Assembly (NCBI GenBank): GCA_964270895.1
Contig: OZ185435.1
DNA length: 64,000 bases
Origin: Podarcis filfolensis
Lineage: Eukaryota
Reading direction: 5' to 3' (one strand)
Shown: positions 35,601 to 48,450 of the stretch, piece after piece
Numbering within the stretch: the first letter of the stretch is position 1
Layout: the number at the start of each line of letters is the position of its first letter
Position numbers and translations under genes: made by a program
The notes under the pieces: model-generated
What the model was told of the DNA's origin: nothing
The model's input: only the letters and a program-made list of their open reading frames with translations
Database searches by the model: none

Positions 35601-38600
35601 TTCTGCACAGGCTGCTCTCACAGGTAAACAGCTGCAGCAGAAGTCATGGGTTTTATCTCCAAAGTTCATGCTTTTTGAGCCTCCTGAATATAAGGTTTTG
35701 CTTCCTATAGGCAAAAACCAGTCAGCAGACTTGTGAGACTACAATGAAATGAAAGATCCAGGCAGGTGAACAACTGCAGTGCTCCTCACTGCCTCTGTTT
35801 GCTATCTCTGTGAGCTCTTCCAAGAGAGATCAGCATTACCGCTGGCACCCTATTATGATGGAGAATCACCATATGTGCCACAAACAGGAATCCACAGGTC
35901 AAACCACCCTCATATGCCCTCTGTCAATAGATTTATTTTAACATTTTGTTTGTCTCTCTCTCCTGCACGCACTCAGTCATTGTTTCCAGCTATCACAAGG
36001 GCCAATTCCCCAGAAGCTAAATAACAACAAAAACCTGTTGCGATGCCCAGCTTACTAGTAACAGGTGCCCCTCTTGTCCATCTCCTCTGTTACGGTAATG
36101 AGTGCCAGCAGAGCTATTCAGTCAAGTGACATGAAGGGAGGAGGAAGAACACCCATTTGTTTATTGACCCAGCTGCCAGAGCTGTCAGAGGCATTTGATA
36201 CTGCGATGGTATGAAAGAGGGAAGAAGTAGCTGGAGCTATCTGTATTGATTCAGATGTAAGAACGGGGATCTCAACACCAGGAGAAAACAAGCCCTTTCC
36301 CCTCCGGATCTCACCCCCGCTCTCTGCTTCACTGATGGATATTGACCAGCCTAGCCAGGTGGGCATATACCACACCCAGCCTTTGAAGCCGCACTTGTTT
36401 CACCAAAATTGAAAATAATATACCGGTATAATCAAGCAGTTTTCTGTCTCCCTGCATCCTTGGCCACATATCTTGCACCCCTCACCCCACATACAAAAAG
36501 GAACAAGTCCATGTCCTGATAGACAAAAGATATAAAAAGAAGCAGCAGTAAGAAAGGCAGTGGTGCCAATTGGCACAGAGTCCAGCTTTCTGGAAATGAA
36601 AATGAAATGAAAGTCAATTCCAAATATACTTTTTGCAAGCCTGGGTGGCGTCAGCTGCATCCCTGCGTAAAAATACAAACGCGAAGGAATCGTTTACATG
36701 TCAGAGTAAACAACCACCCCTAAGAGAAGAGAGTACAAAATCAAATATTCAGCTTTGGGAGGGATGGGGTTGGGGAGGCTGGGTTATTCTTCAGAGTTCA
36801 GTTCCTATTCCCTGAGGACTGCAGTTAGCACTGGGTTCAGCTTTCAACCCGTGCTCAGTATGTAGTAGTACCCTGAGAGGTACGTTTGGTATGATTCAGC
36901 CCGCCAGCCCCCACTGACCCCAGAGAGTACTGATTTGCACCCAGAAACCTCTAGGTAAAGCTTTTGCATCCTGTCACCTTTGTGCCATCCCGAGAAACTG
37001 TGTGACAAGTCTTAACACATGGCAGATGACGAAAACACCTTGAGTGGGCATGCTGTGAAGATTAACTCACACAAGTTCAATCAAGTTAATACTACAAGGC
37101 TTCTATTTGTGTATGTTGCAAAAAAACAACAACAAAAAACCCCAATGATAATTATAATCAGAAAGTGGCTTGCCCTGGGCAGATTTCCAGTTTGCTTGCA
37201 GTTAGAGTGGCCTGCACAAGATGCTTTCTTTGTAGGTAGGCGAAGACCCTGAGGGGGCAAGGCTACACCGCAGTTCCACCAGGAGAGCTGTGTGCACTCC
37301 GTACTCTGAACCTCAGTGCCAGCCTAGCTTCTGCTATGAGGCTGCTGCAATATCAAGAAACTGCTCCTTGTCTCCCAGCACCATCATCCCAGGTGGGAAG
37401 GACTGAACACTCTGAGCACAGATCATCCCAAGAGAAAAGCTGAACCCCAAGACAGGGAAGGTAAACTCACCACATAGGAAAGCCTCTCCGCAGCTGGAGA
37501 GAAACTGGGCTTGGCTATTTATTCTTCAGAGCTGAAGTTTGCAGCGGCTGCTCCTGGAAGACCCTGCTGGAGCACACTGCCTTTCCATCTGTCAGGCATG
37601 GGAGTGAGGTTTATTTTCCCCCTGGCTTGTAGGAAGCGAGTGGGATAAAACCCTGTCTGTAATTTCAGCCAGTCAGATCCCGAGGGCTCCACTTATCATC
37701 CCGTAGTTATGTGATTTCAGAAATGACATCACAGAAGAGGCTGAGTGACCGGAGCATGGAAGAAGGAGGGCTGCTGGGAGCTCCCAGCCACTGAAATGCT
37801 CAACACAAGTCACTGAGAGACACAGAGAGTTGGGGAGTGGTGGTGGGGGGAGCAGGAGGGAGGGAAAGAGGTGGGGAAAGAGGCAGAATGACAGAAGGGA
37901 GTGGAAAAAGAGTGCAGCTGGAGGGAGAGAGGGAGAGAGAAAAAGAGACAGTTCTGCCCAAAGGGGAGGAGACCAGGGACACAGCCAGATCATTCCTTTC
38001 CATTCCATACTCGCCAAAACTTTTCTTTTTCTTCCAGGGGGACCTCACACAACCACAGCAGCATTTTTCCAGCTGCTGAACAATGAAGACATAGAAAGGC
38101 ATAATTCCTCTCCTCACCCCCCGCCCCAGCAGCCTTGGTTTTAAATAAGGGCAGACGGCATTTAAAGAACACCATTTGGGTCAAGTCCACACCTTTAGCT
38201 GTGTTGAAACTAATGGACTGATGGGTTTAGACCATCAGAAAACTAGATATCAAGTCGGGAATGTAATTGATCCTTCACACTTCTTGCCACCAGCACTGTC
38301 TCACTGCTTCCCTGCTTCTCTTATAAGCTCCCATCGTATTCTTTCTCCTCACCCCAGTTCCTGGGGATTGGAGGTGCCAGCCTTCTCCCAACCGCCTTGC
38401 AACCTACATTGGAAAAGATGTCTTAGCTTGAAGCCAAGCCCTCATCATTCACCATGGTAGGCAGAGCAGAATCTGTCATCTTCAGATGAAGGGCAGTATA
38501 TAAATTTAACACATTACCATTGTTGTCATCATCATGTAGCTTAGTGGGGCTTTAAAACTTTTTTTCTCCAAGACTGTTCAGAGGCTGAAGCTTTAAAAGT

Positions 38601-39024
38601 AGTGTTGCACACTGAGTGATATAGTCATTTGATGCTCCTGCTGTATTCACAGTCAGATGCAGGACAGGGAGATCTCTAGAGTGTGCACATTCTCCCCCCC
38701 CCCAAAAAAAAACCACCCAAGAACAATTCCAGCCAAATACACTCTTATTACTCAGGCTGACTTGCAACTGAAGGGAATCTTGGAAGTGAAAAAGAGCATC
38801 TTTATTTTGTTTTGTTTTGTTTTTCATATCCTTGTTCTAACAAGAAAAAAACATGCCTCCTTTCTTTTCAGAGGAAGGTAGGTGATGTCATTCACCACTT
38901 CGGTGATGAATGGATAGTGCCAGGGTCTGCCCCTAAGAGGTGGAGCCAGCTTGCAGAATGCAACTCTAAGTACATTTTAAGCTCTCCTGAGTGTTGGCAA
39001 CTGCAAAGGAAAGGTGACATTATA

Positions 39025-39191
39025 AGGCCCTTGCTAAGTGGTCAAGGATCTGCTTTGCTTGCAGAAGGTCCCAGATTCAATCCCCAGTATCTCCAAGTAG
39101 GACTGGGAGGTAGGTCTGAAATCTGAGAGAGTGACTACCAGTCAGTGTAGACAAGCCTGAGCTAGATGGATCAGAGGTCTTCTTATGTTCC
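39025..39191 (+). mobile_element. tRNA-Ala-headed SINE (Squam2-like)
   Basis: Head ...ctgctttgcttgcagaaggtcccagattcaatccccagtatctcca; tail gagctagatggatc...cttatgttcc; related copies at about 20680, 51241 and 59942. Confidence 0.7.
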
Positions 39192-39727
39192 CCACATCTG
39201 CCGGGGCAGGCTCCTCAGGGGAGTGTTGTTGGCCATTGGCTGAGGCCCCAAGATTGGGGAAGGGCCCGTCAAACACCAGTGTCATTCTCACTCTGCACAG
39301 AAGAATGCCTGCTTCCTACTTTTATCCATTTGCCTTTCACAGTTCTGTGAGTCAGGGCTGTTCAGGATGATACCTGTTGCGAGTCCACTGGGTTGGCATA
39401 GGCAAAGTACCAGTGCACCAAAATCGCTCTAAAACTAAAACCCCACAATGGGAATGACGCCTTCTTTGAAGTGCTCTACTAATGTTTTTCAGGATGACAC
39501 CTGGAGCACAACTGCAGAGCTTCTAGAATGGAAGGTGGGGAGGTTTTCTAACAATGACCCATGGTGGTGGGGCAGGTGGGGTACCTATTTAGAAGACATA
39601 AAGATTCAGGGGGCATGGTGCAGCCTGAGCAGATATGGAAAGATGTATTGTCCAAGGCTTAACTCCAAAGTTGGAAGGTATTTTCAGAGGAGGTGGTGTT
39701 GCTCCCACATCATATCCCACAATGCAC

Positions 39728-39973
39728 CAGGGCCGGCCCAGTATATTTTGGCACCTGAGGCAAACCACAAAATGCCTCCCCACCCACCAGGGAAGAAAGG
39801 GTGAGTGAAGACCTACATCAAAAACAAGGGGGGGGTGAAGATCTACAATGGAGACAAGGGGGGAATGCAGTAGCAATGGGCAATGCATTCCTTGGAGGCC
39901 GGATCTGTTGTTCCTGCGGATCCTGCTGTCTGAGGCAGCCACCTCACCTTGCCTCATGGGTGGGCCAGCCCTG
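39728..39973. mobile_element. Non-autonomous hAT element
   Basis: TIRs CAGGGCCGGCCC / GGGCCAGCCCTG; perfect 8-bp TSD caatgcac (39720-39727, 39974-39981). Confidence 0.9.
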
Positions 39974-40368
39974 CAATGCACCATATCTCAGAGCAGGGCT
40001 GTCCCTATTTCACAACAAAGGCTTCTGCACTGCGGCAGTCAAGAAGACTTCCCGCCAGCTCCTAGTCCTGCACCTTGAAAACTCAGACCACAGTAGAGGC
40101 TGTCCATGCCAACAAAAGGGGGAGGGAGCAGAGAAGGTAGATTCCTCTTGCTTTAGTCAGCTGTTGAAAGGCAAGGAGACGGCCTCCATCTCCCTACAGG
40201 CAAGAGCGAGGGGGGGAAGGAGGGGAGAGAGAGTGAAGGAGCCAGACACAACGGTGAAAACAAAAGCCTTATGCCTGCTGATGAGAGTTTCATGTGGGTT
40301 GTCGATAGCTTTAGCAGTTCAGGCAGACAGAAGGCACAACTCAATGTGAAAGGCGGTCAATCACTCAC

Positions 40369-40471
40369 CTCCGCCAGCTTTTCTGTGGTTTGAAAGTGTA
40401 TTGACTATTGTGGTCTTTTCACTCTTGAGTTCATCCTTCTTTAGGCTGGGCTTGAGACCAATACCACCCAT
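40369..40471 (-). CDS. Candidate internal first coding exon of a short TNS1 isoform: MGGIGLKPSLKKDELKSEKTTIVNTLSNHRKAGG
   Basis: gagATGG Kozak, in-frame TAA 3 codons upstream, 34 open codons, donor GAG|GTGAGT in phase 1 matching the acceptor of exon 30306. Confidence 0.5.
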
Positions 40472-41193
40472 CTCATTTTAATGTTCCTGGGGTTGGGGGT
40501 GGGGGCAATGGGCTGTGCTCCTAATGACACATATGCCCACTGGGGTGGCAAATCAAAGGACAGCATCCATAGTACCCCACAGGACCCAGGTTGCCTTCAA
40601 AAAGGCCCTTATATTATTTTATTAAACAAAAGTCACAGAAAGTGACAGGATCAATAAGAGCTGCAGACAATTAAAAAGCAGAAAATGGGACAGAAGCACA
40701 ATAGATAAGTTTCCCAAAGGAGAACTCTTTGTCAAGTCTGCTTAGGTGAGCTGAAGGAGAGAAGTCTAAGGCAAAAAGTTTTCAGTAAGAATCTGCGCCC
40801 TCCAGATGTTGTTGAACTACAACTCCCACTGTCCCTGGCTATTGGTCATGCTAGTTGGAACTGGGAGTCCAACCACATCTGAAAGGCACCGCACTGGTTG
40901 TTCCCTGCATTAAACATTCCCTTGAGGAAATGTTCCCTTCAAATGGGCAGTGTCGAACGCACAGTTTATCCCTCCTCTTCGGCCACGAGGCAAACTCATG
41001 TGTACAGCTGTATGCCTGGCAGCTTGCATCCTCTGTATTTCACATGCGCTCACCATCACGGCACTATCTGCTTTTCTCATTTCTGAGTTGTAGAAGGGGA
41101 TATTTTCATTCCCATGCTCCCAGCAACACTTCAATATTTGCCAACCCATCTGCTTCCCCCAGATGGATGAGAAGATTCCCCTAGTCATATGCG

Positions 41194-41203
41194 CCAAATT
41201 AGG
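41194..41203. promoter_or_regulatory. CArG box (SRF site) CCAAATTAGG
   Basis: Exact CC(A/T)6GG, about 0.7 kb upstream of the candidate internal ATG at 40471; function untested. Confidence 0.35.
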
Positions 41204-42470
41204 TCAGACTGTCATCAAGTGCAGGCGCAGCAGCCACAGACTAAATGTAAAATTAAAGCCTACTCTGAAAAAGGGAAATGGCTGCCATTTAGTAAACAGG
41301 ACGGAGACTCTGGGCACATAAGCCCAGTGGCATTGCTCAGGCTCACAAACTGTGCAGGTGCTAAGATGATCCCTGGATTGATCACTAAGGGGAAAACAAG
41401 GTGATACGCTCCACACCATGCTGTTACCGAAACCTATGAGGTCCATGCACAGGATAAATCCTATTTTGCTATTTCTGTTGCACGTTGATCCTTTGAGCAA
41501 GTTGTGTGGCACTGGAGTAAACTCAAGGTCATCACAAGAGCTCAGCTCCACTGTTATAACTATTAGGATAAGCTTTGCAAGAGGTCAGCTGCTAAACAGC
41601 TAAGATCAAAATCTATACAACACTGAAACAAGCATATAAAGAAACATCCATTGACTCATTTTTAACAAGCAGCACTATGGAATCTCAAAAAACAAAGATA
41701 TGTACCAAGCATTTGTTTTTCTTAGACAAAGAGTTTGGATGACTTGTGACCTCAGTCCTAACCAAAAGATCTTGAGGTTCCAAGTGCAAATTAAATATTT
41801 AAAGTTTTGAAAAGAACATTTCCTAAGAGTTTTCAGAAAAGAAAAGGTTCTAAATAATGTATTTTCCCTGGCTTGAGGTTTAAGCAACAGCAACAACACT
41901 ATCAAAACATAGACATGGAAGGTGATGGACTATGGATTTGGGCAAAGGAGTCACTGTTCAAACAGAGAAAGAACTTTGCGTTCAACAAACACCACAGAAA
42001 GATGCTAATGAGATACTGAGCCTATTTTCTGCCAACTTCACACCATTTCTTTCACCTTTTATTAGTAGTATAAAATGATAAATCATAATTCCATACAAAA
42101 ATGACTCTTCCACATCCCTCTCCCACTCCTGTATCCTTCTAGTTACAGCTGAACCCCTGAGAGTAGCTGAGCAAGGGGACAAGCTACGGAAGAGAATTCA
42201 GAACACACACCTTCAGGACTATGAAGTACTGGAATCAAGCCCACAATTCCCACCACATATTTGTGAAGTTTTTGTTTGGGAACATCCCAAGAACAAAATG
42301 AGTGTTGTGGGCATGAAAGGAGAGGCACTCAGAAGATGAAAAGAGAGAGAAGAGTCAGTGGGGGAGGCAAGATGGGAACATATAGGGCCTCTTAAGGCCT
42401 TTTTGAGCTGAGCTGCCCTGAGATCAGCACCGGGATGGATTTCTGCTCATTTGTTTCAAAGTATATGTCA

Positions 42471-42848
42471 GCGGGTGGCGTTGTGGTCTAAACCACTGCG
42501 CCGCTTGGGCTTGCCAATCAAAAGGTCGGCGGTTCAAATCCCTGCGATGGGGTGAGCTCTCGTTGCTCAGTCCCAGCTCCTGCCAACCTAGCAGTTCGAA
42601 AGCACACCAAAAAGTGCAAGTAGATTAAGTAGGTACCGCTCTGGTGGGAAGGTAAACGGCGTTTCCGTGCACTGCTCTGGTGTCAGTGTTCTGTTGCACC
42701 AGAAGTGGCTTAGTCATGCTGGCCACATGACCCAGAAAAAGTGTCTGCAGTGCGTACAATATCTGTTCCTCGGCTAGTAAAGCGAGATGAGGGCTGCAAC
42801 CCCAGAGTCGTTTGCGACTGGACTTAACTGTCAGGGGTCCCTTTATCT
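42471..42848 (+). mobile_element. Sauria/Squam1 SINE
   Basis: Same head (gcgggtggcgttgtggtctaaacc...ggttcaaatcc), body and tail (gtcaggggtccctttatc) as the 48451 copy. Confidence 0.9.
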
Positions 42849-42987
42849 TAAATGTTTGTCAGCAGTATTAGGCAGGTGGGGAAGCCAAAGGTAAAGGCCT
42901 TGCAGTTGTTGAGTGGGGTGTGGGTGAAAAAGTAGTCATCCCAACAGCTCTTAGTCCTTTCAAAGGGCTTCAGGAAACCATTGACAG

Positions 42988-43120
42988 CAGGGGTGTGGGG
43001 GACCTTTGGGCCTCCAGATGTTGCTGAACTACAACTCCCATCAGCCCCAGCAAGCATGGCCAGGAATGGTGGGAGTTGTAGTTCAGCAACAACTGGTGAG
43101 TCAAAGGTTCCTTATGCCTG
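42988..43120. mobile_element. Palindromic hAT-type MITE (related subfamily)
   Basis: CAGG...CCTG termini; ccagatgttgctgaactacaactccc / gggagttgtagttcagcaaca arms; flanks attgacag/atttagag. Confidence 0.8.
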
Positions 43121-44416
43121 ATTTAGAGAATCAGGAGAGCCACTTCCCTGTCATTGAAAGCAACTCACAGGATGATATGAAAGAAGAACATATTGAGGAA
43201 AATGGAGCTCTACTTCAAAAAAATCCACATTGTGTTAATTTCACAGCAGGAACTGTTTACGAAGGTAGAGAATGCCACTTCATTCGCCCTCTTTAAAGCT
43301 TCATTTGAATGTAGAAAATAAATGCCATCTTTGGCTGTATTAAATAGTACATTCTCTTTGTTTGTTCTGTAGATCCATGCCCAGCAGACCTACGGCCCAA
43401 ACCAAATGCTAGGAAGTACTGCTGCTCTATATTTGCAATATTTCAAGAAAGTGACATTTGAAAATGAGTAGCAAGTCCAATTCTCTATCGTCCCCCCACC
43501 ACAACTGCCCCTTAAGTACTACAGGCACATCAGGATCTCATCACTTTCCCAAGATGGCCAGCCATCACAACAACACAGGGTGGCCACAAATACACAGACG
43601 GAAGTGGCTGCCAGGGACAGTCTGTTGATATTCAACTTCACATCCTTCCCACACAAATGCCCCCTGATCATTTCTCTTTCTCAGTATCCCAGGATGATTT
43701 AGGAACCCACAGTAGCTTGGTTACATTCGCTGCTGCTCTTCTCCGACCCTAAATGCTATTTATGAGGCAGCCACAAAACCCTGGACAAACAGGATAAATA
43801 TGGTGCCTTACAGATACAGTCCCTTAAATAAACTCACTCTGGGAGATCTATTTCTATTGGCCCTGCATGGTTAGGCCCAGATTTATTTACTGTCTCTGTA
43901 GCAGAAGAGACTGAGATGAATTTTCAAGTCCATAGAGCTTATTAAATTAAGGATAGTTTGGGAATTAATGTGTTAGGGGGTTCTTACCAGGGACTTAGCC
44001 TGGCCATCAGCAAATACATGCTGTACCCACGTTTTATCCTTCTGTCGCAAAATAATTAGGGGCCAGTTTCTAATATACTATTCTCAAGCAAGATGGTCAG
44101 ATGGGAGTGATAACTCATTTCCAGGGAGTGCTGGGTGATACTGGTCATTGTGTTTCGTATTGATCTGGCTTTGGGCCTTGTTTTGATCTCTATTGTGGAG
44201 GAAGTGTGAATCTGTTGATTTCTTTGGACTGCTCTGCTGCTTTTTGTACCATGAGCCATGGTATCCTTCTGGGTCACCTTGCCAAGTTGGGAGCTGGTGT
44301 GATCTCAGTTTGTTGGTTCTCCTCTTACCTGTCGCATTCCTTCTCTGTCGCATTCTTTTGTACATGTTGTTAGTCTACCTGAAGGTTCCACTAGGCTATG
44401 CTTAGCAGGATATATA

Positions 44417-44420
44417 TTTA

Positions 44421-44459
<39 letters not shown>

Positions 44460-44460
44460 A
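44417..44460. repeat. (AAAT)n microsatellite
   Basis: Direct reading. Confidence 0.95.
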
Positions 44461-44502
44461 GTGATATATCAAGCTAGTGACCACTTGATGGGACAGTGAG
44501 CA

Positions 44503-44749
44503 GAAGAAGAGGAAGAGGAGTTTGGATTTGATATCCCACCTTTCACTCCCCTTAAGGAGTGAAGGCTAACAATCTCCTTTCCCTTCCTCCCTCACAACAA
44601 ACACTCTGTGATGTGAGTGAGGCTGAGAGACTACAGAGAGGTGTGACTAGCCCAAGGTCACCCAGCAGCTGCATGTGGAGGAGTGGGGAAGCAACCCGGT
44701 TCACCAGATAACGAGTCCACCACTCTTAACCATTACACCAAGTTGGCTC
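44503..44749 (-). mobile_element. Squam3-type SINE (lacertid-like subfamily) with (TTC)n-like tail
   Basis: Reverse complement reads gagccaacttggtgtaatggttaagagtggtggactcg...gaaccgggttgcttcccc...gatatcaaatccaaactcctcttcctcttcttc, matching Squam3 as I recall it. Confidence 0.8.
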
Positions 44750-47204
44750 CAGTTAGACAGCAGTTAGTGTGTGGAAGATTTGTGGTGCATTCTAAATAAC
44801 TAAAATTGATGTACCCAGTGTAGCTTATTTATGGCAGGCATGACACAGCCTGTATCTCAGACCCTAACCCCCCCCCAAACAAACAGCAAGAAAATATATC
44901 CTATACACTTCTGCAGAACCAATTTTTTCTGATGGTCCTTGGAAAATGTCTACTAAAAAAAGTATAAAAAACAAATAAGGCATTTTCAGCTCCTTCGCTT
45001 TATCTCTGAAATTTAAATCCTGGTGAAAGTCAACAACTTTCAAAAGGTACATAATCATTTCTTATAATATCTATATATTAATCTGGATTACTTCTCTAAA
45101 TTTATTGCTCAAAGTAAACATATTAAGTGATGCTACATTTTAGAGCTGAACAATAGATTTAATGAACGTTTCATTCTGTCTTTCCAATTTTCGTTAATTT
45201 CAATCTGTGTTCTTGCAGATGGATTCTTGCAAAGCATATCCTAATAATTGTACTGATGGATTGATGGATTCACAAGACAGCATCATAGAAAGATCAACTG
45301 AGCAAATTGCTCCAACAAGGCTGGAGGTGAACAGAGGCCTTGTGAGTCTGTCTATCCCATGCACCCCTCCTAAGCTCCATCTGCTTCCCTGAAGAGTGTG
45401 AATCCTTAATGGATCACCCACTAGGCCTGCAGACTAGCACTTTTTCTTTCTGTAGCCTCCTGCTGGGCAGGTACAGTACAGTGGGAGGCATTTGATTCAG
45501 GGCATGGAAGAAGATGCTCACTAGAGTCCAGGCTTGGCTTCTACCAGCTGTTGACCATTAACCACAAGTTCGGTGTCGAGATCCCGGTCCAGTTATCAGC
45601 TGGTGGAACAGCAGCCCTAGCTTACCCTCCTCTGGGTCTGAGCTCAAGGCTGGGGCCATGACAATAGTTGCACTGGATGGGAGCTCTTGCAGCAAGCTTG
45701 GATTTAATCTGTTACAAACAAAGTCTTGCCCAAAAGGTATAGATATGATGAATGTTAAACATGGAGGGCAAGAGACACAAGATGATCCTGGGAATATGAG
45801 TAGGGTGCAAACATGGGGTGTTGTGACAGGTTTCTGCCTGATGGAGGGAACTTAACCCACAGAGGGTGCTTGGAGTTTAGTCATGCCCTGATCCACACGG
45901 TGACACAAAGGTGACAGGAATATCTGAAATCCTGCCTAAAACCAATATTTATAGCCCTGTGGGTATTAACAAGCCAGAGAGACAAGACACTTGTGCCGCA
46001 AGCAGCTGCTGCGAGCCTTTTCCGCGCCACAACCCGCAGTGACCTCACTGGCAAACTAGATATATCCCGCCCCCCTTTACTGCTCTGCTCCCTGGTGTGA
46101 AGGCAGATGATTTACAAGGGCTCCAAGCACTCAACTCCGTGAATTAAAAAATGATACCAAAGATGGGGAGGGACCGACGTAGTGGGCCGTAAATAACAAT
46201 ATGGACTTAGTGGGGAAAGCATGGCAAACATCTGAAGGCAGAGAGCCTCGTGTAACATATACATGCACTGACGACAACAGGCAGCTACTGTATTAGTTTA
46301 TAGCACAAGCATGTGTACAGCAACCAACATATACACACACAGATACACGGATCAAACATGCTTTCCAAAATACACGAAAGGGGCTATTTTTAACTCATCC
46401 TGAAGAGCCCAGGAAGATTTAGAATTCTACACTATAAATGCCTCTGAGTTCTCCAGCCACAATCTCTGTAAATTATACACCTAAGAAAAAAATGTATGCT
46501 TCATTTTAATTACATTTCCCCCAAGTTATCCTATTTATTCTGGGAATGTCTATATTTGTGTAAACTTAAATATTCTCCCTAATCCTTTTGAATCAATCGT
46601 GCAGATCGTGTTCCAGCAGAGCATCATTTACCATCCTGGTGTTTGGGGCTATAGCTCCCATCAGGCTCAGCCAGCATGGCAAATGAATATTTGGTACTTT
46701 TAAGATCTTCAATCAGGGTGGTCCAACATGCATGCAGCTCTCAAGGCCTTGGGAAGGAAGTGTGAGGGCTGGGCTGCGTGTGTCAAATTTTAGCTTTGCT
46801 CCCCACACCCTGTGCAACAAGGCAGTGCGAGGTCTATGAGTTCCATTTCAAAGCACTCTTGTGGCCCGTATGAAAAGTTGGACTGCCCTTCTTAGATGAA
46901 GTGTTCTCTGGAGGTCATCTCCCCTTTACTCAAGGAACCGAGAACGAAGACCAAAAATGTGATTAGGATTCCCCAAACCCCTGATTCCTGAAACCAATTA
47001 ACTGGGCAAGAAAACTAGCTGTGCAAATTCTAGCCAGGGAACCTTGTCTCCTGATCATCTACCTTGCAGTTTAATCAGCATTAAGTATCCCCCTTGCAAA
47101 CCACAATGCCTTCCCTCACTGTTGGGCAATTCCACTCTCTTTTGCTTTTGGCCAGCCCTCGGAATTCTCCCAGGCATTTGACAGACTTATTTGAATCTAC
47201 TGTT

Positions 47205-47402
47205 TACAATTTTATCCCGTCCTTCCTCCAAGGAAATCTCTGCCTCCTGTTTTACCTTCTCAGCAACCCTGTCAGGTAGGTCATGCTGGAAGATAACAAC
47301 CGGCCCAAGATCACTCAGCGAGCTTCAAGGCTGAGTGGGGATTTGAACCTGTGCCGCCCCAGTTCTAGTCTGACACACCATCCACTACACTGTGCTAGTT
47401 CT
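47205..47402 (-). mobile_element. Older tRNA-derived SINE, same family as 16151
   Basis: Reverse complement shows gtgtagtggatggtgtgtcagactagaactggg...ggttcaaatccccactcagcc...cctgacagggttgctg. Confidence 0.65.
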
Positions 47403-48450
47403 CCAGTGAATGGCAGAACTAATGAAACTGTAATTCAGAGAAAGAAAGCAGAACTAATTAAACCAAGGCATGCCCTTACAAACAGCAAATTTCAAAATCC
47501 AAAGTGATTTTCCATGAGGTGGCAGGCCTAAATTATGAAGGTGTTGTTGTTGTTCCTACTATTATTCTTAGCTATTTGAGCTTCACTGCGTGCAACAGAC
47601 GGTTGGAGATAAATGCATGCTAAAGAGTTGCCGGGAATCCCGCCGTGCGCAGAACCAAATGGATTTACCCTCACCCTCATTTTACTTTATGATCCCAGCA
47701 CAGAAAAATAATTACCTTCTACACACAAACGCAGCAAGAAGCTGTGCTGCTGCCTGCCTCACAACAAGCTCTCCTGGTAGGAACGTCTGCTGGCACCAGG
47801 CCACAGGGTAATTAGAGTGCAGCAGGAGTGATTGCTTCTGGCAGCCTGTCGCAGGGATAGCGGAGATACATCCTTCATGCTGCTAATCCAGCATTTCAGA
47901 GAAACAGGGGCGGGGGCTCTGGCATCCCTGCCAAACGGCTGCACCTGCAGAAAGCTTTGCATTCCTCTTAGGAAGACCCTTTGGGGATTGCAGTTCACCA
48001 TCCCGCCAATTATACCTTTTCTCCTCACTGAATTTGCTGTCCTAATGACCACTTAGAGCCACTTTAAAGCAAACTGAAAACACATTCGCATGGAGGAGGA
48101 GGAGGAGGAGGAGGAGATGCTATTGGACCTGTTGATCAAGATGGTATTGGAGTGAAGTTTGAATACAAACCGGATAACTTATTTTTCAGTGTAAATCCCT
48201 CCCACTGTAAAGGGAGTTCCATTTCGGGTTTATTATGTCTGAAGCTTTTGTAGACTTAAGTGTAGATGTGCACTCTAGCTTATGCCGCAAAAAACAACAA
48301 CAGATACTCTTGGCACCCTGTGACAAAACACTCTGTTGATTTGCTACCACAGGATAAAATAGATAAACGCCTGGAGTTTAAATGAAGCATTAACCATCAC
48401 TAGCCTTTAGGATGGGGTTAGATTACAGATAACTAAGTGACTAAGTGGGA

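Noticed and set aside
36315-36366. ATG...G|GTGAGA phase-1 pair (MPTWLGWSISISEAESG)
   Set aside because: Poor Kozak and no promoter signs. It shows the chance background for such pairs.
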